A DNA stretch of 63,423 nucleotides, filler included, from Octopus bimaculoides (Eukaryota): assembly GCF_001194135.2 (NCBI RefSeq). It is 4 parts of 4 records of this genome, joined end to end, with 100 filler letters (N's around TTAATTAATTAA, not from the genome) between each part and the next. Parts side by side here need not be neighbours in the genome. Positions count along the whole stretch, not along the records: positions 19,798 to 35,940 come from NC_068996.1; positions 36,041 to 60,751 come from NC_069004.1; 2 more parts are not named here. One strand, written 5' to 3'. Position numbers and translations under genes: made by a program. The notes under the pieces are model-generated. The model worked only from the letters and a program-made list of their open reading frames with translations, was not told where the DNA came from and made no database searches. Below, one piece after another: positions 24,900-38,959 of this stretch (positions are counted from its first letter, which is position 1; every line of letters starts with the position of its first letter).

Positions 24900-25045
24900 A
24901 GGTGACCAACCAGCTTCGAAAAGCAGAAGACTCTGTAGTGGTGGTAGAAAAGCAGATCAGAAGAGACAACATATTTGTCGACCAAGGCTCGTAATGTATT
25001 GGTGATTATCTCTGCATATACACCCACCAACGCACACCAGCTATT
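24900..25045 (+). mobile_element. Possible RTE-type APE endonuclease fragment
   Basis: LSTKARNVLVIISAYTPTN resembles the conserved IISAYAPT motif. Single motif only. Confidence 0.4.
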
Positions 25046-25234
25046 ATACATGCACTTAGGCGCAGACATGGCTGTGTGATGAGCCTTCTGCATGTGCCTT
25101 CCATTATATTCCTAGGCTTATTAATGCCTTGTAAGAGAAATTGATAGACATATTATTATGTGTATGCGCTTGTGTATTATGTCTAAAAGTTGATGAATAC
25201 CACCTCTTGATCCCCTCCATTTTCTAATTGCTGT

Positions 25235-25292
<58 letters not shown>

Positions 25293-25430
25293 GTATACAG
25301 ATATATACATACATACATGCATACGTCTATGCATTCATACACATATACATACATATATATACATGCTTATATACATACATATACATACATATGCACACAT
25401 ATACTCATACACACACACATATATATATAC

Positions 25431-25481
<51 letters not shown>

Positions 25482-26266
25482 ATAATATCTAATTGGGCGG
25501 GTATTGTGCACATATGACTTGAGTGATCTATTGCTAGTATACTGTAAGCGTTATAACTCATGATTGTAGGTTACTGACGTTGACTATATGCGAGGATATG
25601 TCATGTTTTACTGTTTGAAGATAACTGAGTTGGATGACGATGTGCTTTGTGGGTTCCGTTGTATTATTAGTTGGTGATCCTGTAAAATATATTTTGTATT
25701 ATAAGCTGTGTTATAGCATCCGATAACGATTCTGAAGATTATATATTGAGTGAGATTAAACAGAAACACTCTGCAGTATTCCTGTCGGAGTTACCTTGTC
25801 TTACGCCTGTATCCACTTCATATTTTGTATCCTCTGAGGATGATGACTTAAGTACCAGGAAAACTACTGGAAGAATTTTTATCAAGTGAAATTAGTAACT
25901 GAAATTAGTAACAGAGAACAAAAATCTTATGAGATAAATGAATTATAAATAAATAAGTAGGTTTGGTAGTACAAACAAGAGAAATAGAAATCAATACTTA
26001 AAGCAGCGCATTCATTAACAGTGAAGCTATTCAGAAGCTTACAGTTTCGTGCAACATACTTAACCAACTGATAAATTTGATAAGTGCTTTGCATGAAACT
26101 CTACTCTTTGAATTATTTATGTAGTTTCACAGTTAATAAATGAAGAAATATGTGCCCCTGTGTGTGTACATTATGTTTGTATCTATAAATATATTACAAA
26201 TATTTAATAATAATACGCGCACACACTCATACATACTTCGTACTTATATTTATATATGTGTATGTG

Positions 26267-26319
<53 letters not shown>

Positions 26320-26338
26320 ACATATACATACATATGTA

Positions 26339-26760
26339 TACGCAAAATATTGTTTTGGGTCCGAACGTTGGAATGCAATGATAAACAAAACACGATTATA
26401 ACACTACCACATTTATTCGATATGATCACGTCTGTTTCGAATCACAGCTTTAAGTCTAGGTGCGAATGCTTCACACGTAGCGCGCAACTGTTCTTGCGGA
26501 ATCGAAGCCCATTCCTGGTGAAGTTTTGCTTTCAGAGTGTCGAGCGAAGCATGAGTGCTCAAGACCCTCGTCTCCAAAATAGATGTAGCAGCAAAATCCA
26601 ACGGGTTGAGATGGGGACTTCTTGATCCTGTGAACGATGGTATGTTTTTTTTCTAAATCCAGTGTTGTGCCTGTCTGGAGTTGTGGGGTGGTGCCGAATC
26701 CTGTTGGAGGCCCCAAGGTGCACCTTGAAAGTGCTAATTCGCCCATGGAATCCAATTCAG
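26339..26760 (-). mobile_element. maT/DD37D-like Tc1/mariner transposase 3' fragment
   Basis: Reverse translation gives PWGLQQDSAPPHNSRQAQHWI*KKNIPSF..SRSPHLNPLDFAATSILETRV..HASLDTLKAKLHQEWASIPQEQLRATCEAFAPRLKAVI. The QQD.AP.H and SPDLNPLD motifs are present; the spacer carries a deletion, so the DD spacing cannot be counted. Confidence 0.8.
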
Positions 26761-27019
26761 CTTCCTTCCAGAACTAGAATGTCTCTAATGTATCGCTGGG
26801 TGTTAATTTTAACTCCCAAGGGCCCAAACAATAACTGACTGTGGAATTTGACATAAATTTACGAGTCTACCCTCGTAAATCTGAATTTATTTAGTCTGAA
26901 ACAAAAAGAAGACACACTAACCATGGGCTTCTGGATTTGATCCTGCTTCTTGGCATCTAGGATAAATGCTATTTTCTGAATCCTCGAGTCCAGCAAAATT
27001 TAGGTGACAGAAAGTGTAC

Positions 27020-27165
27020 AGAAATCTACAAAGTAGATTGTATCTGCTCATTCTGTCACGCTGATTATGTTTGAAAATTATGTTAAATGTTCATCCCCTT
27101 ACAAGCTAATTCTGGATTTGGAAATTCTGCTAATCAAACAACTAAACCGTCCTAGTCTAGTAACA
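27020..27165 (+). mobile_element. Penelope-like element GIY-YIG endonuclease remnant, internally deleted
   Basis: IYKVDCICSFCHADYV*K (27024-27077; resembles VY...C..C...YIGK) and LILDLEILLIKQLNRPSL (27106-27159; resembles LE.L.I....P.LN). Confidence 0.65.
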
Positions 27166-28498
27166 GAGTTTCACTGCTAATTATGTACATGTATATGTGT
27201 GGACGCATGTGTATGTTTGTTGGTAGATGCATGTCGATGAAAGTGTAGTAGTTTAGAACTTTAACCAGCATGAGAATTTAGTTATAAACATGTAATGTGC
27301 ATGTTTATATGCGTCAATATCAAATCAACGAGATCGTCTTTGATCAAAGCTTTGCTTGGTTTCAGCTGACCTGATGCTAAATACAGCACTTACAATTTAC
27401 TTATGTAAACTACGTTTACACATTTAACTTTCATTGCATAATATATTGTCTGAACAAGAGACTTAATGCTACTGATTATTTGTCGTCACTCAATAACTAA
27501 CTGCAAATGCTACTTTGCAGGTTTTCTGCCTGGTCTACAGATACTACAACGGCCATTGCGCTTCTTAGCTAGTTAATTGTTTGTCAATTCCCTATGTTTC
27601 TGCTCTGTCTTAATCCTTCCCTAGCAAGAACTCTAGACTTCATTCATCATCTTGTTTAAAAATTACCATCTGGTTACTTTAAAAGAGTTCACCTTACTGC
27701 AATCATGTGAGCCGGATAACATTATTTCTCACTCTCAGCGAGTCATAGACACTAATTTTATGGTTTGGAGACTTGTAAAAACATATTTTTAATCCCATCC
27801 TACTGGTATTTTTCATGCAGTTGTCAATCTTTTGGTTCAAACTAAACACATTGATCACATAAATCTCACTAGTATCGGAGAATCTGAGAAGGTCATGGAC
27901 GCAACCATTCCGCCTGAATAAACGAAAAGATTAAAAACATTCTTAGCATACCTCATTACAGCTGACTTTCTCCCAGATCTCATACACTACCACCACCAAC
28001 TATAGTGTATCTCACAGATCAATCTTTACCAACCCACATACAGACAACATGTCCTCTCCACTAATGCTTATTTGGGCATTAAAACTTACTAGTTTGATGT
28101 TCTGTCTGCATGAATCTTTAGCTGGTTGGGTACGACACAAACTCCGATGCAAAAATAGTTCAAAAGCTAAGTAACAATTTTCATAATTATCTACTATTCC
28201 ATCAGTTCTTACATATTTCTCTGTCCTTTGGAGAGAAGTGACATTTTCGTCCTTCCTATTAGGACAGTTTTAGCTGAATGCCATTTATCATTGTGCTGCA
28301 CCAATCTGCCTCCACCGCTGGCAGCAAAATGATTCACTTAATTCTACACGCACACACACACGCGCGCGCAGACAATCAAACACAATAACATCTAGATATA
28401 TTTTTATCTATGTTTCTCACCCTCTTACTCTCTCTTTCTCTCTCCCTTTATATGTATGCGTGTGAGTGTGTGTGTGTGTGTGTATACACACACACACT

Positions 28499-28534
<36 letters not shown>

Positions 28535-29440
28535 NNNNNNNNNNNNNNNNNNNNNNNNNNNNNNNNNNNNNNNNNNNNNNNNNNNNNNNNNNNNNNNNNN
28601 NNNNNNNNNNNNNNNNNNNNNNNTATATATATATATATATATATATGTAAAAGAGTTGTATAAATTTGGCAAGTGACTTCATCTGAGAACATGTGTTGAA
28701 ACTGAAACAATTACGCTGTGGAAGAGTCGTTTACAACACACATACACTGTTAATATTCACTTTTGTTTGTTTGTTTCTTTCTTTAAAAGTATCAAGTATC
28801 CTTCCACCAGCAGTATTTGTTATTTCACCCTTGTCATCTCTGATCCAGCAGACCTATGATCAAAGATGATTCAGTCATGATTATCCCGTCATTTTTTTTT
28901 CAGACATCGTATATATAGAACTGCATTATCTAACATATCCTTCCTTTGTTAAGAGAGTAATGGATTATTTGAGAGAAATTTAACTGGTATTTCTAGCACG
29001 TCAACCAATATCCTTTCCCCGTAGGACTTTCGTGTAACCTTGAGGGAGGCTTTTTCAAAGACGGGGATATATTGGACTATGTACTCATGTTTCAGACTTT
29101 CCATGTTTAGAACGTCCTTCATCATAAGTCTGCTTCATTAAAACTTGAATGAAGAGTTGAACAATGACATGCTGAATCAGCAAATATTAATCGATAAAAT
29201 ACACAATTACAAATTAACAGAGACACAGGTCTGCCATTAAGAAATGTGCAGCCCCTGAGTAGCATCTTAGGCTAGGGTCTTCTGTCATGGCCACAAATTG
29301 ACCAATGACTGAAGAGTGAAATTTAGTAGATAAAAAACTGTGATAAGCGGCATGTGTGTGTGTGTGTGTGTGTGTGTATGTACATATGTAAGTGTATATG
29401 TGTATGTAGATCTTACTCTCTCTCTCTCTCTTTCTCTCTC

Positions 29441-29484
<44 letters not shown>

Positions 29485-29532
29485 TATGTATGTGTATATA
29501 TGTATATATATATATACATATATATATATGTA

Positions 29533-29563
<31 letters not shown>

Positions 29564-29602
29564 NNNNNNNNNNNNNNNNNNNNNNNNNNNNNNNNNNNNN
29601 NN

Positions 29603-29651
<49 letters not shown>

Positions 29652-32259
29652 GTATATATATATACATATATATATGGTGAATGGGAAAGTCTCAATACTG
29701 TAAAAAAGAATGATCCAATTAATGTTTTTGATGATAATCCGCTCCAGACTATAAATTGATATGATATTTTTCCATAATATTCGGATTCTCAGTCACCTGT
29801 CGGTATACTTGTGGTGATTAATTGAGGGATTTGAAGTGACCAGCTTGCACTGATTGATGCAACACAACTAGCTGCACAATATCCTGTTCCCAGGTGCAGG
29901 ATGGGTTGACACGGCCGTCGTGCTGAATGAAGATTCGTACTAGATCTATCTTCCATTTCCTTCAATTATATATGTGGGGGGGGGGGNNNNNNNNNNNNNN
30001 NNNNNNNNNNNNNNNNNNNNNNNNNNNNNNNNNNNNNNNNNNNNNNNNNNNNNNNNNNNNNNNNNNNNNNNNNNNNNNNNNNNNNNNNNNNNNNNNNNNN
30101 NNNNNNNNNNNNNNNNNNNNNNNNNNNNNNNNNNNNNNNNNNNNNNNNNNNNNNNNNNNNNNNNNNNNNNNNNNNNNNNNNNNNNNNNNNNNNNNNNNNN
30201 NNNNNNNNNNNNNNNNNNNNNNNNNNNNNNNNNNNNNNNNNNNNNNNNNNNNNNNNNNNNNNNNNNNNNNNNNNNNNNNNNNNNNNNNNNNNNNNNNNNN
30301 NNNNNNNNNNNNNNNNNNNNNNNNNNNNNNNNNNNNNNNNNNNNNNNNNNNNNNNNNNNNNNNNNNNNNNNNNNNNNNNNNNNNNNNNNNNNNNNNNNNN
30401 NNNNNNNNNNNNNNNNNNNNNNNNNNNNNNNNNNNNNNNNNNNNNNNNNNNNNNNNNNNNNNNNNNNNNNNNNNNNNNNNNNNNNNNNNNNNNNNNNNNN
30501 NNNNNNNNNNNNNNNNNNNNNNNNNNNNNNNNNNNNNNNNNNNNNNNNNNNNNNNNNNNNNNNNNNNNNNNNNNNNNNNNNNNNNNNNNNNNNNNNNNNN
30601 NNNNNNNNNNNNNNNNNNNNNNNNNNNNNNNNNNNNNNNNNNNNNNNNNNNNNNNNNNNNNNNNNNNNNNNNNNNNNNNNNNNNNNNNNNNNNNNNNNNN
30701 NNNNNNNNNNNNNNNNNNNNNNNNNNNNNNNNNNNNNNNNNNNNNNNNNNNNNNNNNNNNNNNNNNNNNNNNNNNNGGTATGTGTGTGATGAAGCCCTTT
30801 GTGTAAATATATGTATGCTTGTATGTATGTGTGTAGGTATGGATGGATGGATGTGTGTATGTATGTACGCATGCATGTACGTATGTATGTGTGTGAATGT
30901 ATGTATGGATGGATGGATGTATGCATGTACGTATGCATGTATGCATATATGTACGTATGTGTGTATGTATATATGTATGTATGCACGCGTGTATGTATGT
31001 ATGTGCTAGGCATGTATGCATGTATGTATGCGTGCGTATGTATGTATGCACGTATGCATGTATGTATGTATGCACGCATGTATGTATGTATGTATGTATG
31101 TATATATATATGTATGTATATATGTACGTGTGACTGTATAAACATTTATGAGCGCTACTGGTAACTTCTGACCTTAGTAGAATGTCTTTTATGATCAAGT
31201 CATCGACAACTGAACTGGAAGTTCCACCAAGCTTGCTTGAAGAGAAGGGTAATTATAAACACCCTGTAAAAGGGAAAAGGATGACACGTTAATAGGTAGA
31301 ACAAGTCTGGGTAGGCAACAGTGATTCAATAGTGTGCATTTATGCACATCAAATATGTGTGTATTTAGTGGTATATTTTTCTTTTATTGAAAAAAGTTAT
31401 GGAAATGATTTAGTTACTTTCACTTTCATAGCTTGAAAGTTCGTGACAGCAGGCCCAAGGGGTCAGCTATTTCGATATATTAATATATTAATTATACGGA
31501 TGATGATTTTAGCAATCTAACTATGGAAACAGTAAGGGAACTTAGAGTAAAACTATGAAGCATCAGTGAAAATTTTCGTTTAACATGTAACTATTTTCCC
31601 CTGAATATACGCATCCTCCAAAAAATCTGTATTTAAACTCATTCCGTTCATGTTACTGATTTCCCGTGAATGTATTGAAATTTCACATGTAAAATTTTTG
31701 AGATTTTAAACTCAGCAGATATATTTCTTTGGTGCTTAAGCACTACATGAACTACTCACATAGGTACATAAGTATATATACGTGCGCGCGCGCGCGTATG
31801 TGTGTGTGTGTGTGCGTGCGTGCGTGCACACGAATACAAGAATGCATAAGTACATGATTATTTCCATGCCTATTATTTAATTTTTATTCTTTTATGCACC
31901 ATGACTTAGTGGTTGACGAAATACGTACTCAACTGAAATAAATGCTAGGATTGATAAAGCTGCCAAAAATCCCAGTATGACGGCGGTAAATGATGTATGG
32001 AACGAGCAAAAAGAGAAGTTTTTATGTTGTTCTGAACAGATGAAATCGTATTTAAATCGATAAGCCACAGACAGCGAAATGTTCATCTGCCATTCTTACA
32101 GTCCATTCCAGACAGGGAGACTGTTTCACCAAGCTCTGACGTATATTGTGTTCTGAACAAAATACTTCCATAAAGGAATCTTTTCTCGGACGAACACTGT
32201 AGCTTCTGGTTTCTCTACGATATGCATATGTAATGTTACACACACACGCACGCGCGCAT

Positions 32260-32293
<34 letters not shown>

Positions 32294-32474
32294 TATATAT
32301 GTGTGTATGTAGTATGTATGATCGTTTTTATAAGATAAATAGACAGACCTCAGATGGACCGACGGATGGATAAATAAAAGCAAACAGAAAACAAAACAGA
32401 AAAAAAAGGAGGAGTCATCTGACTTATTGCTAAAATCTCATTGTCTTCTCTATCTGCATTTTCTACTGTTTCTA

Positions 32475-33698
32475 CGAGGTGGTGTCAAAAAGTGCCCGGA
32501 ACTAGTTATATTTAATGAAAAACATTACTTATTTACCTGCTGCTTCCAAATAGTCACCTTGTGCAGCAGTACACCAGTCCCAGCATTCCTGCCGGCACGG
32601 ATGTCGTTTTCCGTGAGCGAGTCTATGATTCGCTCTGGATCTCGACGTCGGTGTTAAAACGGTGACCTTTGAGCTCATTTTCATCTTAGATAAGTCCACA
32701 GGTGCTAAATCTGACGAATAGGGTGGGTACGGAAGCGCTAACATGTTGTTTTTGGCGAGAAACACACGAGTGGGGCGGGTTCGATGACAAGGAGCATTGC
32801 CGTCGTGAAGATTCCAATTCTTTGTGCTCCACAGATCTGGTTGCTTTCGCCGAATGACCTCCCTCAAACGCTTCAAAACGTCACAGCAGAGCTTTCGATT
32901 AACGGTCTGGCCCCGGGGGGTACGAATTCTCGATGCACAATACCGCGGATTTCGCAAAAAAAAAAAGAACTATGAGAATGTTCTTGATTGAGCTGCGGCT
33001 CTGTCGTGCCTTCTTCAGTCATGGGGATGAAGAGCACCTTCTTTGTCACAGAGTTGTACCCGTAGACCCAACTCTCGTCACCAGTGATGATCCTCGACAT
33101 AAAGGATGGGTCATCAGTGACACACTAACAGGAATCTTGTTCTTTCTGCTCAGTGGTCAGCAGGCGGACAAACTTGGCAGAGACACGCCGCATGTTCAAT
33201 TTAGACGTTAATATTACCTCCACGGACCCATACGACAGACCAACATCATTGGCAATGTCGTTGATTATCTTCCGATGATACACAAGCTGATGAACTTTCT
33301 CTACATTTCCGTGGGTGATGATCGTGGTAGGTCTTCCAGATCGTTCATGCTCTTTCAGGGACGTTCTTACGTTTTTGAAGCGCCTGTGCCACTCAAAACA
33401 TTGCATGAGACCCATTACCCCGTCACCATAAGCTTGCCGAAGCATACTCAATGTCTCCGTAGCAGACTTCCCAAGTTTAACGCAAAATTTCACATTGACT
33501 CATGACAAAATCGTTGACTACAGTTTACACAGGATCCCAAAATCACAAATTTTATACCTTGCCAAGTAAACACAACAATGTAATTCGGCACACTCCTTCA
33601 TGAAGGTCACTGCTAGCTCTCACTGTATATGCAACCCTATACTGCCATCTGTTAGCGCGCTAAAAAAACAAGTCCGGAAACTTTTTGATACCACTTCA
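32475..33698 (-). mobile_element. Near full-length mariner (DD34D), 1224 bp, frameshifted transposase
   Basis: TIRs TA|CGAGGTGGTGTCAAAAAGTGCCCGGA and the reverse complement of TCCGGAAACTTTTTGATACCACTTCA. ORF pieces MKFCVKLGKSATETLSML (33125-33493), IITGDESWVYGY (32873-33100) and NWNLHDGNAPCH...PYPPYSSDLAPVD (32529-32957) carry the three catalytic-Asp motifs. Confidence 0.95.
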
Positions 33699-34483
33699 CA
33701 TAATGACATCTGCCCCTCTGAACAAACTAGCAGCATTCCAATTCAATGAAAACCCATTTGATACATGTTCTCTCCTGCTCTCACCACTTTTACCTATGTC
33801 TTAGCCACACAGGCCTCACACTAACTATTATTTCTAATCTTTCCCCCTGAAAAGCACCACATCGCTGGAAATTTCTCCTTGCCTTTATCAACATCTTATA
33901 GATATTCAAAGATATCATCCACCATATCAGTTTCATATATCCCGAAGGATCCGTGAATGTCACGGGTACTGCTTCTATTCCCATATGAAATCATTACAAC
34001 AAAAATTAGATAACATTGCGTGTCTTAGGGATCAATCCTAAGAGAGTTACATTTTTGGCATCCTTTCAAATGCATTTTAGTCAGGCACGTAAAGGATACA
34101 TGCTATTACTAATACATGCAAAGTTAAATTTTGTGTGTGTATGTGTGTGTGCTTGTTTGTTTGTTTGTGTGTGCGAGTGCACATGTGTGCGTGCGTGCGT
34201 GCGTGCGTTTGTATTCCGTCATTGATTTCGACTAATGATTGTGCTAGCTGTTCTAGCAATATGATTATCTACTCTTTAAATAGGTAGAATTAGTGGCTGA
34301 GTATTTCACATTTACTTCCTGAATATAATCCTCAAACACAAGAGTATGTGCCAAGGCAAAGCATTCGAATTATAAGTACAGAGCATCAGATAGGCCGACT
34401 CACAGTTTCCATATAACCAGTATCGCTCACGAACTTATGTCAAGAGAAATCTATAGTAACAGACACCCAACTCTGAATTTTCA

Positions 34484-34485
<2 letters not shown>

Positions 34486-34535
<50 letters not shown>
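34486..34535. repeat. (CTA)n microsatellite
   Basis: Read directly. Confidence 0.97.
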
Positions 34536-34536
<1 letters not shown>

Positions 34537-34699
34537 AACGGAACCTCTGCTCCATCAGAGCTAGCTGGGCTTATACCACAGCTACATATATATCCAACTC
34601 ATATACCCATATATACATATGTGCATGTGTGCGTGTGTGCGCATCCGTGCGTGCGTGCACGGATATGTATATATAAAGTGTTAACACAGTATGCAGATT

Positions 34700-34845
34700 A
34701 GCAGCTCTAGTTCTGTGTAGATAATGTAATTGTTGAGTTTTTAAACAGGTTGGTTGCTTGTCTCTCTGGAACTGATCGATTCATGTAGACATCTCTGATG
34801 AAACCCCAATTATGTTCGAAAATTGATTATGGCTGTTCATCGTTT
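34700..34845 (+). mobile_element. Repeat with a decayed hammerhead-like core (copy 1; copy 2 at 42829-42985), probably from a Penelope pseudo-LTR
   Basis: The two copies share AGCAGCTC(T/C)AGTTCT.TGTAG, GCTT.T.TCTCTGG and CTCTGATGA...TAATGTTCGAAAAT.GAT. Confidence 0.5.
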
Positions 34846-34896
34846 TTCCAACCAACGGAGAGATAGCTTAATTAGCCCGGTTTATTTATATACATG

Positions 34897-35012
<116 letters not shown>

Positions 35013-35651
35013 CATACATGCATACATATATACATACATTCATACATATATACATACATACATGCATACATACATACATACATACATACATACATACATA
35101 CAGAGAACTACACACACACACACACACACACACACACTCATATATATAATTCAATTTCATTTAATTAGTCAATGAGCTAAACTCTCTTCAGGGATGTCAC
35201 CATCCTGGTTCACCGATTTATATCAGCGTTCAGAGAAAACCAACTACACTAGTTTATCATCGAAACGTATAGGTATTTAAATAAATCTTTTTAACTAAGA
35301 AAATGAAGAAAATTGATTAAAATGTACGAGTTTGTTGCAGGTTAGCCTACACATTGTTAAATAACTTCGTTTTGAAATTCTCCCTGAGGATATACCCAAT
35401 TCACTGGTTTCGAATATGGAATTTTATTTCTGAAATAAAAGAAGTGTGTATGGAAACAGCTGTAGGTAGGAATTTCTATGTATGAATTTGAATGTCTTTA
35501 AATAAAAAAACATCTGTACGTAAAGTTTTGTCCATTTTCTTCATTTTTTTATTTAAAAGGTATATATGTATATAAGGCAAATAAGAAAATGGAAAGGGTA
35601 ATCAGCGTTATTATCCCTTAGATGGTTGCTTAACCTCTAACTCATACAGAC

Positions 35652-35691
<40 letters not shown>

Positions 35692-35866
35692 ATCATTTCG
35701 CCATGATAGATCGCTGACCACTACACACATTTTTTCTCTCCTTGTTTCTCTCCCTGTTTCTTTTTGTGTTCCTTTCTCAATTCCCGAGCATTATACTAAT
35801 ACATCTATTTATTGTTTACACCACCTGTCTTCGTCTGTTGTTTTTTTTGTGAATTCTACCTATATA

Positions 35867-35902
<36 letters not shown>

Positions 35903-36040
35903 TGTTTATATATATGTATATATATATATATATATATATANNNNNNNNNNNNNNNNNNNNNNNNNNNNNNNNNNNNNNNNNNNNTTAATTAATTAANNNN
36001 NNNNNNNNNNNNNNNNNNNNNNNNNNNNNNNNNNNNNNNN

Positions 36041-36101
<61 letters not shown>

Positions 36102-36102
<1 letters not shown>

Positions 36103-36682
36103 AAGGATTGAACAAAATAACGGAAACACCTAGCATCATTGCATCATAATTGTGAAATATCTATAAAACAGTCAAAAGTTTTTTTCTGTTTAGGTTTTTT
36201 AATTTATTATTAGTGCTGCTTAAAATATTTTGCTAAAATTGTTATTTCTTTTCAGATATCATCAGAAAAAGGTAATTAAAATTCATTAAAATGACAGATC
36301 TATCCGACTTTCAAAGAGGTCAAATTGTTGGTGCTCGTATAGCAGGCGCTGGTGTAGCGAAAACAGCCGAAATGTTTGGTGTGTCAAGAAGTACTGTCTC
36401 CAAAGTAATGACAGCCTTTGAGAAAGAGGGAAAAACCTCCTCGTCGAAACAAAACTCCGGAAGAAAACCAAAACTTTCAGATAGGAACCGTCGGATTCTT
36501 ACGTGAATTGTTAGAAAGGATCACAAAAGTACAACTCCCAAAATTACTGCAGAGCTTAACGACCTCCTCGAGAACCCAGTTTCCACAAAAACTGTTCGCC
36601 TGGAGCTGCACAAATCCGGATTTCACGGGAGATTGCAAGCAGAAAACCGCTACTTTCAAAAACAAACGTTGCAAAGTGTTTA
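36102..36682 (+). mobile_element. Tc1 transposon, 5' half, truncated by a SINE
   Basis: TA|CAAGGATTGAACAAAATAACGGAAACACC left TIR. ORF from 36291: MTDLSDFQRGQIVGARIAGAGVAKTAEMFGVSRSTVSKV...SGRKPKLSDRNRRILT*IVRKDHKSTTPKITAELN...VSTKTVRLELHKSGFHGR. This is a paired-like HTH with a GRK/GRPR-type motif. Confidence 0.92.
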
Positions 36683-36820
36683 GGTCGAGTACATTGACCC
36701 CAGTGTTTCACTGGTACTTAATTTATCGATGAAAGGCAACCCCGGCTGAATTTGAACTCAGAACGTAAAGACAGACGAAATGCCGCTAATCATTTTGCCC
36801 AGCGTGCTAACGATTCTACC
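36683..36820 (-). mobile_element. SINE family A copy running into a gap
   Basis: ACATTGACCCCAGTGTTTCACTGGTACTTAATTTATCG..ATTTGAACTCAGAACGTAAAGACAGACGAAATGCCGCT..GCGTGCTAACGATTCT. Confidence 0.9.
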
Positions 36821-37527
36821 NNNNNNNNNNNNNNNNNNNNNNNNNNNNNNNNNNNNNNNNNNNNNNNNNNNNNNNNNNNNNNNNNNNNNNNNNNNNNNNN
36901 NNNNNNNNNNNNNNNNNNNNNNNNNNNNNNNNNNNNNNNNNNNNNNNNNNNNNNNNNNNNNNNNNNNNNNNNNNNNNNNNNNNNNNNNNNNNNNNNNNNN
37001 NNNNNNNNNNNNNNNNNNNNNNNNNNNNNNNNNNNNNNNNNNNNNNNNNNNNNNNNNNNNNNNNNNNNNNNNNNNNNNNNNNNNNNNNNNNNNNNNNNNN
37101 NNNNNNNNNNNNNNNNNNNNNNNNNNNNNNNNNNNNNNNNNNNNNNNNNNNNNNNNNNNNNNNNNNNNNNNNNNNNNNNNNNNNNNNNNNNNNNNNNNNN
37201 NNNNNNNNNNNNNNNNNNNNNNNNNNNNNNNNNNNNNNNNNNNNNNNNNNNNNNNNNNNNNNNNNNNNNNNNNNNNNNNNNNNNNNNNNNNNNNNNNNNN
37301 NNNNNNNNNNNNNNNNNNNNNNNNNNNNNNNNNNNNNNNNNNNNNNNNNNNNNNNNNNNNNNNNNNNNNNNNNNNNNNNNNNNNNNNNNNNNNNNNNNNN
37401 NNNNNNNNNNNNNNNNNNNNNNNNNNNNNNNNNNNNNNNNNNNNNNNNNNNNNNNNNNNNNNNNNNNNNNNNNNNNNNNNNNNNNNNNNNNNNNNNNNNN
37501 NNNNNNNNNNNNNNNNNNNNNNNNNNN

Positions 37528-37694
37528 TATGGTTTCTTAAATATTCTCTAGAACAACACTATGTACAGAACCAAATGTATGGCACCCTAGGCATAACACC
37601 AACATGAACTTCTAACTTGTTATGTCTTGAGGTCTCTGGGTGAGACTTGGAGCCAACTTGTACAAATGCAAAGCAAAAGTCAAACATAAAATAA

Positions 37695-37769
<75 letters not shown>

Positions 37770-37779
37770 TAATAATAAT
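37528..37779 (+). mobile_element. Probable R4/Dong 3' UTR followed by a long (AAT)n tract (37689-37779)
   Basis: GAGGTCTCTGGGTGAGACTTGGAGCC (37629-37654) runs directly into about 30 AAT units, and Dong elements are known to target TAA repeats. The UTR assignment is from recalled similarity and is unverified. The microsatellite itself is certain. Confidence 0.45.
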
Positions 37780-37789
37780 TAGGCAGAAA

Positions 37790-37975
37790 CTATGTGGATG
37801 CACGACGTTGATTTGTTTACGCCTCCGTCAGCTTACGGTTCGGCAAAAGAGAACGATGGAAGATGTACCAGTCTTAAAAAATCTAAGAACTTGAATCGAT
37901 TTACCGACCAAACCCTTTAAGGCGATGCCTCAGCATGGCCGCAGTCCAATGACAGAAACAAGTCAATGGTAACAG
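37790..37975 (+). mobile_element. SINE family B 3' half
   Basis: GTTTACGCCTCCGTCAGCTTACGGTTCGGCAAAAGAGAACGAT...CCCTTTAAGGCGATGCCTCAGCATGGCCGCAGTCCAATGACAGAAACAAG. Confidence 0.8.
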
Positions 37976-38100
37976 ATAAAAGGAAAAGAGCTCAATGATA
38001 CATCGGACAATGCAGGCAAGCATTTACAGGTAAACGGGATAGTCACGGCTAGAACGCTCTTGATTCTAGGTTTGTTCAGTCAGGAATGATCTGATACCAG

Positions 38101-38484
38101 TGGAGGCGCAATGGCCCAGTGGTTAGGGCAGCGGACTCGCGGTCATAGGATCGCCATTTCGATTTCCAGACCGGGCGTTGTGAGTGTTTATTGAGCGAAA
38201 ACACCTAAAAGCTCCACGAGGCTCCGGCAGGGGATGGTGGCGAACCCTGCTGTACTCTTTCACCACAACTTTCTCTCACTCTTACTTCCTGTTTCTGTTG
38301 TGCCTGTAATTCAAAGGGTCAGCCTTGTCACACTGTGTCACGCTGAATCTCCCCGAGAACTACGTTAAGGGTACACGTGTCTGTGGAGTGCTCAGCCACT
38401 TGCACGTTAATTTCACGAGCAGGCTGTTCCGTTGATCGCATCAGCTGGAACCCTCGTCGTCGTAAGCGACGGAGTGCCAACAAC
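38101..38484 (+). mobile_element. Young full-length tRNA-derived SINE (family C)
   Basis: A box TGGCCCAGTGG, B-box-like TTTCGATTTCC and a CAA tail. Perfect 13-bp TSD GATCTGATACCAG at 38088-38100 and 38485-38497. It inserted into a family F copy. Confidence 0.92.
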
Positions 38485-38908
38485 GATCTGATACCAGACG
38501 ACGACAACGATGATGACGACGACGACGACGACCACCACCACCACCACCAACACCACTACCGTAACAACAAATACAACAACAGTGATTATGTGTAGTAAAA
38601 GTTAGTATTAATTACTCAGTAGCAACAGACTTGAAAATCAAACGATATCGACTTTGATTGGATGTGTGTATATGTTAGTGTTTTTGTTGTTTTTGTTTTT
38701 GTTTTTGTTTTTTGTTTTTTTTTTACTTTCCCTTTTACTTCATCTCATTCTTCGTATCTAACGTCTGTCAAAACAAGCTTCTTTTTTTTGTTTTTGTTTT
38801 TTTTAATATATAGTTGTTCGAGTTAAAATTCATGATCATTAGCTCAATAGATATTTCTAAAATGTTAGCAGCCAATAAAACACCGAGTCGATATTCCTTT
38901 GTACATAT

Positions 38909-38959
<51 letters not shown>

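Noticed and set aside
27700-28150. Possible very old Tc1-like relic on the minus strand (GGGSV..W)
   Set aside because: Only one convincing motif; the other catalytic motifs could not be recovered.
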